A stretch of DNA of 64,000 nucleotides from Obrimoposthia wandeli (GCA_977020255.1 CDROCS010004085.1:248001-312000); one strand, 5' to 3'. Shown: positions 31,867-41,519, numbered from the stretch's first letter. The notes: a model not told the origin generated them from the sequence alone. Made by a program: numbers and translations.

Positions 31867-33039
31867 ATGAGGAAACGCAATATGAGAGCACTCTCTTTAC
31901 CTCAGGCGAGAAAGCTTGCGTTGCTTTCACAATGTATTTCAACAAGGTCGCTAAAAGGTAGTGCGTATTCAGAAACCTTAAACGTGTTTGAGCACTTAGG
32001 TTATGTGCAGATAGATACCATATCAGTCGTTCAACGCGCACATCACCATACACTTTGGAGTCGAAACCCCAGATATCAAGTTGCTCACCTTGATCAGCTC
32101 GTTGCAGACAAAAAGGTATTTGAGTATTGGTCGCATGCTGCCTCTTATCTGCCAATGAGGGACTACCGATTCAGTCTACCTCGCAAGACGGCGCTTAAAT
32201 TGGGCCAACAAAACCATTGGTTTAAGAAAGATCACAAACTGATGGCTGATGTGCTTAAGCGAATAGAGAGTGAAGGCCCATTAATGGCGAAAGACTTTGT
32301 CTCTAAAAGTCATAAAACGAATGGCTGGGGCAGTAAGCCAACTAAACAAGCCTTAGAAACGTTATTTATGCAGGGGGATCTCATGATCGCTGAGCGTAAA
32401 AATTTTCATAAGGTTTATGATTTAACGCAGCGAGTATTACCAAATGATGTAGATGCCTCAATACCTACAGAGCAAGAACATGGGCAATTTTTAGTATTGA
32501 GTTACTTAAGATCTCATGGCTTCGGAAATCTAGCTGAAATCACTTACCTGCTTAAAAATGTTAAAGCTCTGGCTAGCCAAGCGTTGAATGTGTTGCTTGA
32601 AAGTGGCGATATCAAAACAGTCATCATTAATGAGTCTGTTTATTTTGCTTGCTGTGATGCTTTGCTTCTACTCGACAAGCGACTAAATAAAAAACAAGTT
32701 CATATTCTTTCCCCATTCGATAACTTGCTCATCCAGCGAAAGCGAACACAGTCTATTTTTAACTTTAAATATTTTCTTGAATGCTATGTTCCTGCAGCCA
32801 AGCGTCAGTTTGGCTATTTTTGCTTACCGATTTTGTGGGATGGGAAGTTAGTTGCGAGGGCAGATTGTAAGGTCGATAGACAAATCAATACACTCAATGT
32901 GATTCACTTATTCATTGAACCTTCAGTGAATGAAAAAGAAACATTTATTATCGCGTTAGAGGAAAAACTTCAGAAGTTTTCACAGTTTAACCAATGTAGT
33001 CATTATTCTATCCAGAAAGTATCTTCCCACACTGTTTAA
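31867..33039 (+). CDS. ycaQ: YcaQ/AlkZ-family winged-helix DNA glycosylase
   Basis: VQIDTISVV (Q-phi-D), FEYWSH, LSPFDNL, LECYVP, RQFGYFCLPILW. Confidence 0.85.
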   Translation: MRKRNMRALSLPQARKLALLSQCISTRSLKGSAYSETLNVFEHLGYVQIDTISVVQRAHHHTLWSRNPRYQVAHLDQLVADKKVFEYWSHAASYLPMRDYRFSLPRKTALKLGQQNHWFKKDHKLMADVLKRIESEGPLMAKDFVSKSHKTNGWGSKPTKQALETLFMQGDLMIAERKNFHKVYDLTQRVLPNDVDASIPTEQEHGQFLVLSYLRSHGFGNLAEITYLLKNVKALASQALNVLLESGDIKTVIINESVYFACCDALLLLDKRLNKKQVHILSPFDNLLIQRKRTQSIFNFKYFLECYVPAAKRQFGYFCLPILWDGKLVARADCKVDRQINTLNVIHLFIEPSVNEKETFIIALEEKLQKFSQFNQCSHYSIQKVSSHTV

Positions 33040-33619
33040 AGTTATTTACCCATGTATTCCCAAATACCTCCTCAACGTATTTGTATTATCGATCGGCGAA
33101 CCCGCTTCTGCCCCTTTGCTTGTTAACGTAATTACTTATTCACAGGCTGTTAATATTGTTTTGTGATACTAAATGTCATTTGGAGGCTATTGTAACAACT
33201 CAAGAATCGAAAAAGATCGGCAATTGAGGGTCAGTTCAAATGGCGGCCTTTGATTTAATGTGTTGTTGTAGTTCGCTTTACGGGCGAAATGGTAAATATG
33301 GCATGTATATTGCTTTGTTTAACCCAGTGGCAATGAATGGCCACATATAAAAGGTTCTTGGTATGATGTTTTTAAGAAAGATTTGCAGTGTAATGAATAA
33401 AGAAGAAAAACAATTAAAAAAACAAAAAGCTTTAAAAGAAAAATTACTATTTGCTATGTCACAATCAATTGAACGAATTGTCTTATAATATCGTGCTATA
33501 CCAGAGACCCAAAAGGCTACCCGTTGGCAGCCTTTCGAAATTCTTATTACGAGTGTTATGGTAAATCTAGCCAATATGTCTATTTATTACATAACCTAAT
33601 GTGTACAAAGTAAAAAAAA

Positions 33620-33643
33620 GCTCATTCAAATGTTTGAATGAGC
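33620..33643 (-). terminator. Intrinsic terminator on the minus strand with no assigned gene
   Basis: GCTCATTCAAA/TTTGAATGAGC 11-bp stem preceded on + by an A8 run. Confidence 0.6.
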
Positions 33644-34029
33644 CTATATAAAGTTGTACGTCTGTAATTACAGAGAATAGCACTGGTCATACCAGATGTT
33701 AAGTTTTTAGTTGAGTTTTTGATTCTTGCTTCAAAGTTCCGATGTAGATTATGTCTATTACATTAATTCGAATGCTTGATGGAGACGTTGAACAAGGCGT
33801 TAATACCATTCTCTTTTGCCCGCGATATCTCATTCCTTCTGTGTTTAATCTGGTTAATAGTTAAAAATTTTGACTGAAAATTCAGATTTGTTTTGCTTAA
33901 ATTGTTTCACTTCACACTTTCATATCTTATGAATGGTCATATAAGGCCTACTTTAATTAGGGTTATTTTTTTACATTGATCTTTATAAACAATGGCTTAT
34001 TGGTTAAATAAAAATTAATAATTTCACCA

Positions 34030-34077
34030 CATCGGTTTTTCCAATGCTTTGCATTACAGCTTTCGATTTAACTGATG
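34030..34077 (+). promoter_or_regulatory. Two candidate LysR-type T-N11-A boxes upstream of the DASS gene
   Basis: CATCGGTTTTTCCAATG (34030-34046, partial dyad) and TCGATTTAACTGA (34063-34075); the motif is weak on its own. Confidence 0.4.
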
Positions 34078-34189
34078 ATAGTCTTATCTGTAATGTTTTG
34101 GTCAAGCGTTTGGGGAATTGAAACGCCATAATAACTAGGCGGTATGCCTAGAATAATCAATGTGAAGCAAATAATAAGGAGACTGAGAG

Positions 34190-35656
34190 ATGATCGCCAT
34201 TGCAAGAAATCTCAGTAGCAAAAGTAAAACGGAAAAAATCATGTATTACCTCGGGCTACCTTTGGCCATGGTGGTACTTATGCTGTTCTATTCAATACCA
34301 ACACCGGATGGAATTACTTTTGAAGGCAAGATGTCTCTTGGGATATTCTTTTTTGCTTTAATCCTTTGGATCAGTGAGTCGCTACCTAACTATGCGACAT
34401 CAATGCTCGCCATTGCGCTGTTATCGGTGTTAGGTGGTTGGGCAGAAAAAGAGGCGCTCGGCACGTTAGGTTACGGTGTAATTTGGCTGATGGTTTCAGC
34501 GTTTATTATTACCTCCGGTATGGAAAAAAGTGGACTGGCAAAACGTATTGCCCTCGCGATCATTACGCGATTTGGTAAAACGTGGCAGTCAATTCTCATG
34601 TCTTTAATGGCGGCTAACTTTACCATCGCCTTCATTATTCCTTCGACCACGGCTCGCGCAGCCATGCTATTACCAATCGTATTGCTGATTGCCAAAGCGT
34701 ATAACGTTGAAAGTGGTAATAGGAACCTCGGTAAATTGCTTGCGATTCAAGGGCTACAAGCCAACAACATCTCTACCAGTGCCATTGTTACCGCAACCGC
34801 ACCACAAATTTTAGCGATTGGTTTACTAAAAGAATATACGGGTTCTGAAGTCTCTTGGGGTGAATGGTTTATTGCTTCTGCGCCGATTGCCATTTTGACG
34901 CTTATCGCTTCCTTCTTCATCGGCTTAATGCTGTTTAGGCCGAAAGTAGATGGTAAAGCGGGTGGTGATGAAATTAATAAAATCCAAAAGCAATATGATG
35001 ATTTGGGTAAAGTGTCACTCGATGAGAAAAAAGCCGCGGGTATTTTCTTACTAACCATTACGTTGTGGGCAACGGATAAGTGGCATCTCGATATTTTTGG
35101 CTTCCAATTTAGTTTGGTGATGGTCGCAATTATTGCAGCTTCAATGTTCTTCATGCCTTATATCGGAATCTTGACGTGGAAAGAAGCTAAAATTCCATGG
35201 AACTTGATGATATTTGCTGCCGGAGCCTACGCTTGCGGGGTATCACTGAGTGATACTGGCGTCGCAACTTGGGCGTTGAGTGGATTATTCTCTAGCCTTG
35301 GCGTGCAACACATGAGTTTCAGCATGCTCTATGGGGTGGTGATTGCGATATCCAGTTTTAGTCATTTTGTATTTACCAGTAAAACGGTACGAACCATTAT
35401 TCTTATCCCAACCTTGATTGGTTTGGCTGAAACCGCTGGTGTATCACCTCTAATGCTTGCTCTTCCTGCGGCCTTTACCATTGCCGATACCATTACTTTG
35501 CCACCGCACAGTAAAGCGAACTTGGTTTATTACAGTACTGGTTATTTCTCAGTAAATGATCAATTGATCTACGGCATTCTGACTCTGATGGCGAAATGGT
35601 GCATCTTGTTCGGCGCGTCATTTACATGGTTTGCTTATCTTGGCATTACCGCTTAA
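34190..35656 (+). CDS. DASS/SLC13-family anion transporter
   Basis: Polytopic; PSTTARAA and TSKTVR loop motifs; LPPHSKAN near the C-terminus; AAGGAG RBS. Confidence 0.88.
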   Translation: MIAIARNLSSKSKTEKIMYYLGLPLAMVVLMLFYSIPTPDGITFEGKMSLGIFFFALILWISESLPNYATSMLAIALLSVLGGWAEKEALGTLGYGVIWLMVSAFIITSGMEKSGLAKRIALAIITRFGKTWQSILMSLMAANFTIAFIIPSTTARAAMLLPIVLLIAKAYNVESGNRNLGKLLAIQGLQANNISTSAIVTATAPQILAIGLLKEYTGSEVSWGEWFIASAPIAILTLIASFFIGLMLFRPKVDGKAGGDEINKIQKQYDDLGKVSLDEKKAAGIFLLTITLWATDKWHLDIFGFQFSLVMVAIIAASMFFMPYIGILTWKEAKIPWNLMIFAAGAYACGVSLSDTGVATWALSGLFSSLGVQHMSFSMLYGVVIAISSFSHFVFTSKTVRTIILIPTLIGLAETAGVSPLMLALPAAFTIADTITLPPHSKANLVYYSTGYFSVNDQLIYGILTLMAKWCILFGASFTWFAYLGITA

Positions 35657-35672
35657 TTGGGAGGGAAACAGT

Positions 35673-36437
35673 ATGAAAAAGACAATCAAATATCTATCGG
35701 CAGGTTCTCTCATTCTCGTAGCTGCAAATATTCAAGCGACTGAACTCGGCGAGATCCTTCATTACAGTGAAAATATACAACCTGTAGATCGAGACGGAGA
35801 AATCAACGTTACGGTTACTGGTGTCACCAATGATCAAGGAGTGCTTTACCTACCAAGCTACGAAGACAGTTCGGTGAGTGCGTACTCAGCATTGAGCGGT
35901 AAATTGAAGCAAGGGCCTGAGGTGACGAGTGTTCATGGACGAGAGGTATTGGCTTATCAGTTTTCTGAACCGAATAGCGAGGTAAGACTGCAACAGACAT
36001 TATTCGTTGAGGATGTGTATAAAACAAAGAAAGCCAAAATAAAATATAGCCAGCCAGGCGGTGTAAAACGGATTTCGTATGCGTTCATGAACACTTCGCC
36101 AGTGACGATTGATACATATTCCGGTCAACTTAGCGTGCCTCAGAAAACCGAGTTGTATGGTGTTGTAACGCCTGAGCGGTCAAAAAAGAAAAAAACCTAT
36201 GAGATTAAACGAGATGGCGATTGGAAAGTGATTGAGGTTAATCGCAAGCAAGTGTCTTCAGGCGATGACGTTAAATTTAAGATCCGTACCTATTCACCAT
36301 CCCCAGCAATCAAGTGGACATTATGGTCTTTGGTGGTATTTCTATCGGGAGCGCTATTGTGGAAACGTCGTGATGTTCTCATGAATTTAGAGGCCAAACC
36401 TACGGTAGAAAAGCCACTGCGAACTAAGGAGTTATGA
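35673..36437 (+). CDS. Hypothetical exported protein with a C-terminal membrane anchor
   Basis: GGAGGG RBS then ATG 35673; signal peptide ending ANIQA; beta-rich body; TM segment IKWTLWSLVVFLSGALLW then KRR; stop overlaps the next start. Confidence 0.75.
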   Translation: MKKTIKYLSAGSLILVAANIQATELGEILHYSENIQPVDRDGEINVTVTGVTNDQGVLYLPSYEDSSVSAYSALSGKLKQGPEVTSVHGREVLAYQFSEPNSEVRLQQTLFVEDVYKTKKAKIKYSQPGGVKRISYAFMNTSPVTIDTYSGQLSVPQKTELYGVVTPERSKKKKTYEIKRDGDWKVIEVNRKQVSSGDDVKFKIRTYSPSPAIKWTLWSLVVFLSGALLWKRRDVLMNLEAKPTVEKPLRTKEL

Positions 36438-37684
36438 TGAAAAAACAAGCGTTGCTGCTTATCGCAGATGGAATGGGGGATTTACCGAATCCACAACTCG
36501 ATGGTAAAACACCATTAGAATACGCCCATACTCCGCATATGACTTATTTAGCGTCTCAAGGGCTGTTTGGTAATGTTCATCCAGTCCAAGCTGGGGTTCC
36601 TGTAGGTACGGATGTCGGTCATTTAGCCATCTTTGGTTATGATCCATATGAAGTCTATACTGGCCGAGGCCCTATAGAAGCTTATGGCGCTGAAATTGAC
36701 ATGCTGCCGGGAGATATCGCATTTCGTGGCAATTTCGCCACCGTTGATGATGAATTTATCGTATTGGATCGTCGCGCAGAGCGGATAAATGTAGGAACAC
36801 ATGATCTTGCAGAAGCCGTCGATGGAATAAGGCTTTCCAACGGTACTCAAGTGATTGCCAGAGCGCTCAGCGCGCACCGAGTGGCAGTGGTTTTACGTGG
36901 TAATGGCTTATCTGAAAAGGTTACTACGTCTGATCCTGGTACGGCGAAAGAGGGCAGTAAAGTTGTTCATTCAACACCATTGGATGATTCAGTAGATGCT
37001 CAAATGACTGCGCAGTTAATTAATGAATTGAGTGAGAAGTTTTACTCAATTTTAAGCCTGCATCCTGTTAATAGTGCTCGGAGACAAAGCAAACAAGCAC
37101 CAGCAAATATGATTTTGTTACGTGGAATAGGGAAAGAGATCCAAGCGCCTAAAGTGACGGAGAAATACGGTATTACTGGCGCTTGTATTGCCGGTGATCG
37201 AACGGTTCTCGGCATTGCCAGAATGTCAGGTTTGGATACGTTTCATCAGCCAAGCTTTACCGCAGGTTTTGATACAGATTTTTTAGGTAAGGCTAAAGTG
37301 GCCGTTGAAAAACTAAAGCAAGGGTATGATTGGGTTGTGCTGCATGTAAAAGCCCCGGATCTTGCTGGTCATGATGATTTACCACATATGAAAGTGGAAA
37401 TGGCTGAAAAGTTTGATCAGATGGTTGGCTTTATTATGGAGCATATTGATCTCGACAATTGTTACATTGGCTATACCAGCGATCATTCAACGCCATGTAT
37501 TCGTCGCGACCATTCCGGAGATCCCGTTCCTACATTTTTTGCGGGTACGGATGTACGTAAAACAGAATTGCATGGCTTTGGCGAAAAATACCTTAACCAT
37601 GGCGCACTGAATAATTTGACAGGACGGGAGTTCTTTTTCACTCAAATGGATTATCTTGGTGTCGTACCTAAATTAGGCGCTTAG
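36434..37684 (+). CDS. ApgM-like (archaeal-type cofactor-independent phosphoglycerate mutase family) alkaline-phosphatase-superfamily enzyme
   Basis: ADGMGD, GKTPLEYA.TP, GTDVGHLAIFGYDP, GRGPIEA, KAPDLAGH, SDHSTP, HSGDPVP. Confidence 0.85.
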   Translation: MMKKQALLLIADGMGDLPNPQLDGKTPLEYAHTPHMTYLASQGLFGNVHPVQAGVPVGTDVGHLAIFGYDPYEVYTGRGPIEAYGAEIDMLPGDIAFRGNFATVDDEFIVLDRRAERINVGTHDLAEAVDGIRLSNGTQVIARALSAHRVAVVLRGNGLSEKVTTSDPGTAKEGSKVVHSTPLDDSVDAQMTAQLINELSEKFYSILSLHPVNSARRQSKQAPANMILLRGIGKEIQAPKVTEKYGITGACIAGDRTVLGIARMSGLDTFHQPSFTAGFDTDFLGKAKVAVEKLKQGYDWVVLHVKAPDLAGHDDLPHMKVEMAEKFDQMVGFIMEHIDLDNCYIGYTSDHSTPCIRRDHSGDPVPTFFAGTDVRKTELHGFGEKYLNHGALNNLTGREFFFTQMDYLGVVPKLGA

Positions 37685-37750
37685 GCCAAGATATAAGATA
37701 TGAATTATGGAAAACACAGTACTTGGTTAGAGAGTGCTTGTTTTTCCTTT

Positions 37751-37787
37751 AAAGGCAGCGACAAAGTAATGTTGCTGCCTTTTTTTG
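37751..37787 (+). terminator. Intrinsic terminator
   Basis: AAAGGCAGCGAC/GTTGCTGCCTTT stem plus T-tract. Confidence 0.85.
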
Positions 37788-37804
37788 GATTCAGGGAGTA
37801 GAGA

Positions 37805-38740
37805 ATGAAGATTGAAAATTTAGAAGCATTTGTCACCATTGCAAAATTCAGAAGTTTTACTCAAGCGGCGGATACCTGTTTTTGTACCCAAGCAACCATG
37901 TCTCAACGTTTAAAAAACTTGGAAAATCACTTCAAGACTCAACTGTTAGATAGAGTAGGACGTAACATTGAGCTAACGGAAGCGGGTAGAAGAATTTTAC
38001 CTTATTGTCAATCTGCTCTTGCGGCAATCCATCAATCAAAAATTGAGTTGGAGGCAATCAATGGCCTTTCCACAGGCAGTTTATTACTTTGCAGTTCGAA
38101 TACACCTGGCATCTATATTTTGCCGCAAGTGTTAGCAGATTTTCATCTTCAATACCCGGGGGTGTTGATTGAATCTCGAATTAAATATGCGAAGGATGTA
38201 CTGCAAGAGATCTCTTTTGAAGGAGAGGCAGAGTTGGGGTTAATCTCTCAACCAAATGTCATTGATGATAAAAAATTATGTTTTGAACCGATTTTGAAAG
38301 ATCAACTCACCGTTGTTGTATCGCCAAACCACAGTAGTATCGCGAAGTGGAAAGACAAAGGTAGAATCAGTCTAAAGGATTTGCAAAAAAACAACTTACT
38401 GGTATCCAATAGCAAGAGTTCTATTTTACAAAACTTAGAGCGAGCGAGTGATACAAAAATTGATTTCAATACCACTATCGTTTTGGGCAGTATGGAAGCG
38501 GTAAAAAAGTCCGTAATGCTAAATGCGGGTATCGCGATCGTGTCTAACTTTCTTGTCGAAGAGGACGTCGCTGATGGCAAGTTAGTTTCTTTTGATATAG
38601 CCGGTGTAGAGATGCAACGAAAAATCATGTTGGTATATCGAAAAAATTGCAGTTTATCTCCTGCAGCAAAGGCATTTATTCAGACCTTAAAAGCAGATTT
38701 ATCAGACAAGTACCCCAATTTATATGTCCCTAGTCATTAA
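37805..38740 (+). CDS. LysR-family transcriptional regulator
   Basis: SFTQAA..TQATMSQRLKNLE HTH; SNTPGIYILP; EAVKKSV. Confidence 0.93.
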   Translation: MKIENLEAFVTIAKFRSFTQAADTCFCTQATMSQRLKNLENHFKTQLLDRVGRNIELTEAGRRILPYCQSALAAIHQSKIELEAINGLSTGSLLLCSSNTPGIYILPQVLADFHLQYPGVLIESRIKYAKDVLQEISFEGEAELGLISQPNVIDDKKLCFEPILKDQLTVVVSPNHSSIAKWKDKGRISLKDLQKNNLLVSNSKSSILQNLERASDTKIDFNTTIVLGSMEAVKKSVMLNAGIAIVSNFLVEEDVADGKLVSFDIAGVEMQRKIMLVYRKNCSLSPAAKAFIQTLKADLSDKYPNLYVPSH

Positions 38741-38922
38741 AGCAGTGACCATATCATGGCTAACATTAAGCACCCCATGATTGATAATATAGGCACAAGT
38801 AGACACTGCCATGATTGCCATTTTTTGTTATATATTGCTTTATTTGTATCAGCAAGAAGCTTTAATACTTTTTGCCTGTCCTTGTCTTCTTTTAACGTTT
38901 GTTTCTTTGCATCCATCATCAT
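38737..38922 (-). CDS. Small hypothetical protein with a C-terminal TM segment
   Basis: Charged N-terminal half then LLVPILSIMGCLMLAMIWSLL; lies just downstream of 38935-39237. Confidence 0.45.
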   Translation of the reverse strand: MMMDAKKQTLKEDKDRQKVLKLLADTNKAIYNKKWQSWQCLLVPILSIMGCLMLAMIWSLL

Positions 38923-38934
38923 ATATGTGGCCCT

Positions 38935-39237
38935 TTACGATAGCTCTAGGCTGACAACTCTTAGGTTTAATGTGTTTCGGATAGTCCCGAAGTCACCGCG
39001 AGTAATATCAAATGATATTTTTCCATCAGTGCCTTTAATTGCGAATGCTTTGGCACGAGGTTCTATATCAATTACCTCAGAAAGGTATACGTTAGCTTGA
39101 TTTGACGTAAACGATATGCGCTCTGATTCAGCCATGAAGAAGCCATTATCCGTATAACTGATTTTTAACCCATACTTAAGCTCGTCAATTTCTTTTATCG
39201 TGTGGGGATGCGTTTTTTTTACTTGGCCTAACATCAT
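38935..39237 (-). CDS. Hypothetical protein
   Basis: 100-aa ORF of plausible composition; no family recognised. Confidence 0.5.
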   Translation of the reverse strand: MMLGQVKKTHPHTIKEIDELKYGLKISYTDNGFFMAESERISFTSNQANVYLSEVIDIEPRAKAFAIKGTDGKISFDITRGDFGTIRNTLNLRVVSLELS

Positions 39238-39326
39238 TTTCTAATCTCAATTAACTCGGAGGTGAGTCACAGCCTCGATAGTAGGGACTACCGATTAAAG
39301 GACAGAAAGAGGCAGCAACTCGTGAA

Positions 39327-39752
39327 TTAAAGTTTTAGTAGTAACAAGTCACAAGGCATTGTTTTTACTAATGGTTCAGTTGGGGATAATGAAATTTTAT
39401 TAAGCATGTCTGATTTGTGATGACCCATAACTAATAGATCAACGCCGTTTTCAATCACACCACGATAAATCTCATCTTCGATTGTGCCAGAGTAGAGTAG
39501 GTGCTTATGAATTGGAGTTCTCAAATTATCAAGTAGCTTTCTCATCATGGCAACTGAGTTGTGGTGCTCTGCTGCTTCATGTTCACTTAAGTTAACGCTT
39601 AGAATGCCGTCATAAAAGCTAGCAATATCCCTATCCACATGAATTATGCTTAACTTCGCGCCATGCGTTACTGCCATTTCTTCTGCTTTGTATACTAAAG
39701 AACTGGCGTTCATATCTAATCCAACGGCTAACATTACGTGTTTATAGTGCAT
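39327..39752 (-). CDS. uspA: Universal stress protein
   Basis: MHYKHVMLAV, VDLLVMGHH, MPCDLLLL; AGGA RBS. Confidence 0.85.
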   Translation of the reverse strand: MHYKHVMLAVGLDMNASSLVYKAEEMAVTHGAKLSIIHVDRDIASFYDGILSVNLSEHEAAEHHNSVAMMRKLLDNLRTPIHKHLLYSGTIEDEIYRGVIENGVDLLVMGHHKSDMLNKISLSPTEPLVKTMPCDLLLLKL

Positions 39753-39767
39753 GCTTATTATTCCTAG

Positions 39768-39860
39768 TTAGTTAAAAATACTGTGAACGCCAATGGAAGT
39801 GCCGAAGCCACCAAAGATAAGCCAAGCAACAAACGTTATAAGTAACCTGCTTAAATACAT
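39768..39860 (-). CDS. Candidate 30-aa small membrane protein
   Basis: MYLSRLLITFVAWLIFGGFGTSIGVHSIFN; AAGG upstream; stop 15 bp before the uspA ATG; below the ORF-track cutoff. Confidence 0.5.
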   Translation of the reverse strand: MYLSRLLITFVAWLIFGGFGTSIGVHSIFN

Positions 39861-40118
39861 CGTGGAAATGCCTTTAGCTCTGAACTGAATGGATACTAAG
39901 GTACTTCGATGTTTAATAAAAACTTATAGTATTTAAATGGTGGTTAAGTATTATTTAACAGACTGGTTGTTTGTTAACTTTACGGTGTCTATTGGTAAGT
40001 GGTTATTGAACTAAATAGGGGCAGATATGTTTTACAAAATGTGTGATGACTTGTTTGATTGCGAGAAGGCAATTTATGATGGGTATTAATGTTTCCATAT
40101 GTAGGATACCGAATCGTT

Positions 40119-40156
40119 CGAATGCTCTGATATACAGTGATATCAGAGCATTTTTA
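40119..40156. repeat. Palindromic repeat copy 2, probable terminator of the DMT gene
   Basis: CGAATGCTCTGATAT-ACAGTG-ATATCAGAGCATTTTT; same stem as 21880-21911. Confidence 0.85.
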
Positions 40157-40172
40157 TCAGAACGTTGGTCTA

Positions 40173-41084
40173 TTAAGCACTCGTGACCAGCTTACGGGCT
40201 GCTTTAAATTTACTTAACGGTACTTTAGTCAGTAAGATTCCGCTTAATAAAGGCAATAACATTAAGAGCGATTGTTCTGAAATAACTGTGCCAGATGTCG
40301 CAGCAGAAAGTGCCAAAGCAACCAATGGGAAAATAAGGAAACAGATTGATGCCGTAAAGGGTGTCGAAATCTGCCCAAGTTTAAAGTACGCCACAATACC
40401 GCCCACACTGGCGAAGATGCCTAAATAGCCTACTGCCATTAGTGATGATGAAGAGAAAGCCTGTACGTCTATATTTTCAAATGCTAATGAGGTGATAAAC
40501 AACAAGATAGCAGCCACGAAGCTGGGTAATGCGTTGTAGGTAATGACTTGAATATCTTTACAATGCTTCTGCACCATCACATACATTACAGCGTGAATAG
40601 CAACTGCTAGCCCCAATGCCCCAGATCCAATCAGTAAGTTGTCACCTCCGATCCCTAACTCGTTCGACAGAATAATAAAGAGGCTAATCACCGCAATAAA
40701 AAGTCCGATAAATTGGTGAACGGCAAGACGTAGACTTAAAAAGAGGGTGGATGTGATCATCACTGCAATGGGCATATTAGCGAAAATGATCGAGGCTAAT
40801 CCTGATGAAATGTACATTTCACCCGCAATCATTAAGGTGAAAGGAATTGCGAAATAGAACACTGCCACAATGGCAATCCATTTGTTTTTACCTTTTGGAA
40901 AAAGTAGTGGTTGATTAAAGATCTTCGACAGCAAAACTAAAATTGGTGACGCAATCAGAAAACGTAAACTCGTAGCGAAAATGGGTGGGATGGTATCGAC
41001 AGCGATCTCCATAGCTAACCACGTGGTTCCCCAAATAAAGCATACAGAGCAAAATAATAGCAGTGGAAGGTGTTTCTTATTCAT
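40173..41084 (-). CDS. DMT/EamA family transporter
   Basis: CFIWGTTW, LRFLIA, about 10 TMs; ATG 41084 (MNKKHL) preferred to the ORF-track start 41288. Confidence 0.88.
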   Translation of the reverse strand: MNKKHLPLLLFCSVCFIWGTTWLAMEIAVDTIPPIFATSLRFLIASPILVLLSKIFNQPLLFPKGKNKWIAIVAVFYFAIPFTLMIAGEMYISSGLASIIFANMPIAVMITSTLFLSLRLAVHQFIGLFIAVISLFIILSNELGIGGDNLLIGSGALGLAVAIHAVMYVMVQKHCKDIQVITYNALPSFVAAILLFITSLAFENIDVQAFSSSSLMAVGYLGIFASVGGIVAYFKLGQISTPFTASICFLIFPLVALALSAATSGTVISEQSLLMLLPLLSGILLTKVPLSKFKAARKLVTSA

Positions 41085-41455
41085 AGTTAATATCCGTTTT
41101 AATTCCCAGCTACGCCGACGTATAGCCTTGTTTTTATAGTGGTTTAATATTGTGTCTTGCAGTAAATATGTGGGTAATATACGTGCTTCACTGGGGAATA
41201 ACTTACTAAGATATAAGCTTATAAATACATATTTAGAAATTAATTCTATTTTTGGGCTGTATGTGGAAAAGTTTTCTACATCGGTCAAATATAAATAACA
41301 TTATGCGCACTTAGCGTATTTTAAGAGTGTATTTTTCTCTACTGATTATGCGTGAGCCATGGCTTTTAACGGTAAAGTCGAATTAGATACAGTGGTTCTG
41401 CGTTGAAGATTAGCTAGCTCCCAATCAAACTCGCTCTTCCGGAGTCACTCTAAAT

Positions 41456-41482
41456 CCAGCACCGTCAGGTAACTTGGGTATA
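41456..41482 (-). repeat. ERIC-like intergenic repeat terminus, copy 2
   Basis: Reverse complement reads TATACCCAAGTTACCTGACGGTGCTGG. Confidence 0.6.
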
Positions 41483-41519
41483 TAGTTATTACTAATAGCG
41501 ATAATGTATCTGTATAACC

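Noticed and set aside
33060-33130. attC-like ends after ycaQ (and near 23600 and 59955)
   Set aside because: Only isolated GTTR cores, with no pairing R''/L boxes
33278-33574. 98-aa minus-strand ORF
   Set aside because: No RBS or motif; the plus strand has interrupted frames, so possibly a decayed gene that I cannot identify
33976-33989. FNR-like TTGATCTTTATAAA
   Set aside because: One mismatch in very AT-rich DNA and 200 bp from the start codon
39250-39320. Hairpins resembling the 3' half of a c-di-GMP-I riboswitch
   Set aside because: 5' GCAAA/GAAA-tetraloop elements are absent and the orientation has no downstream gene
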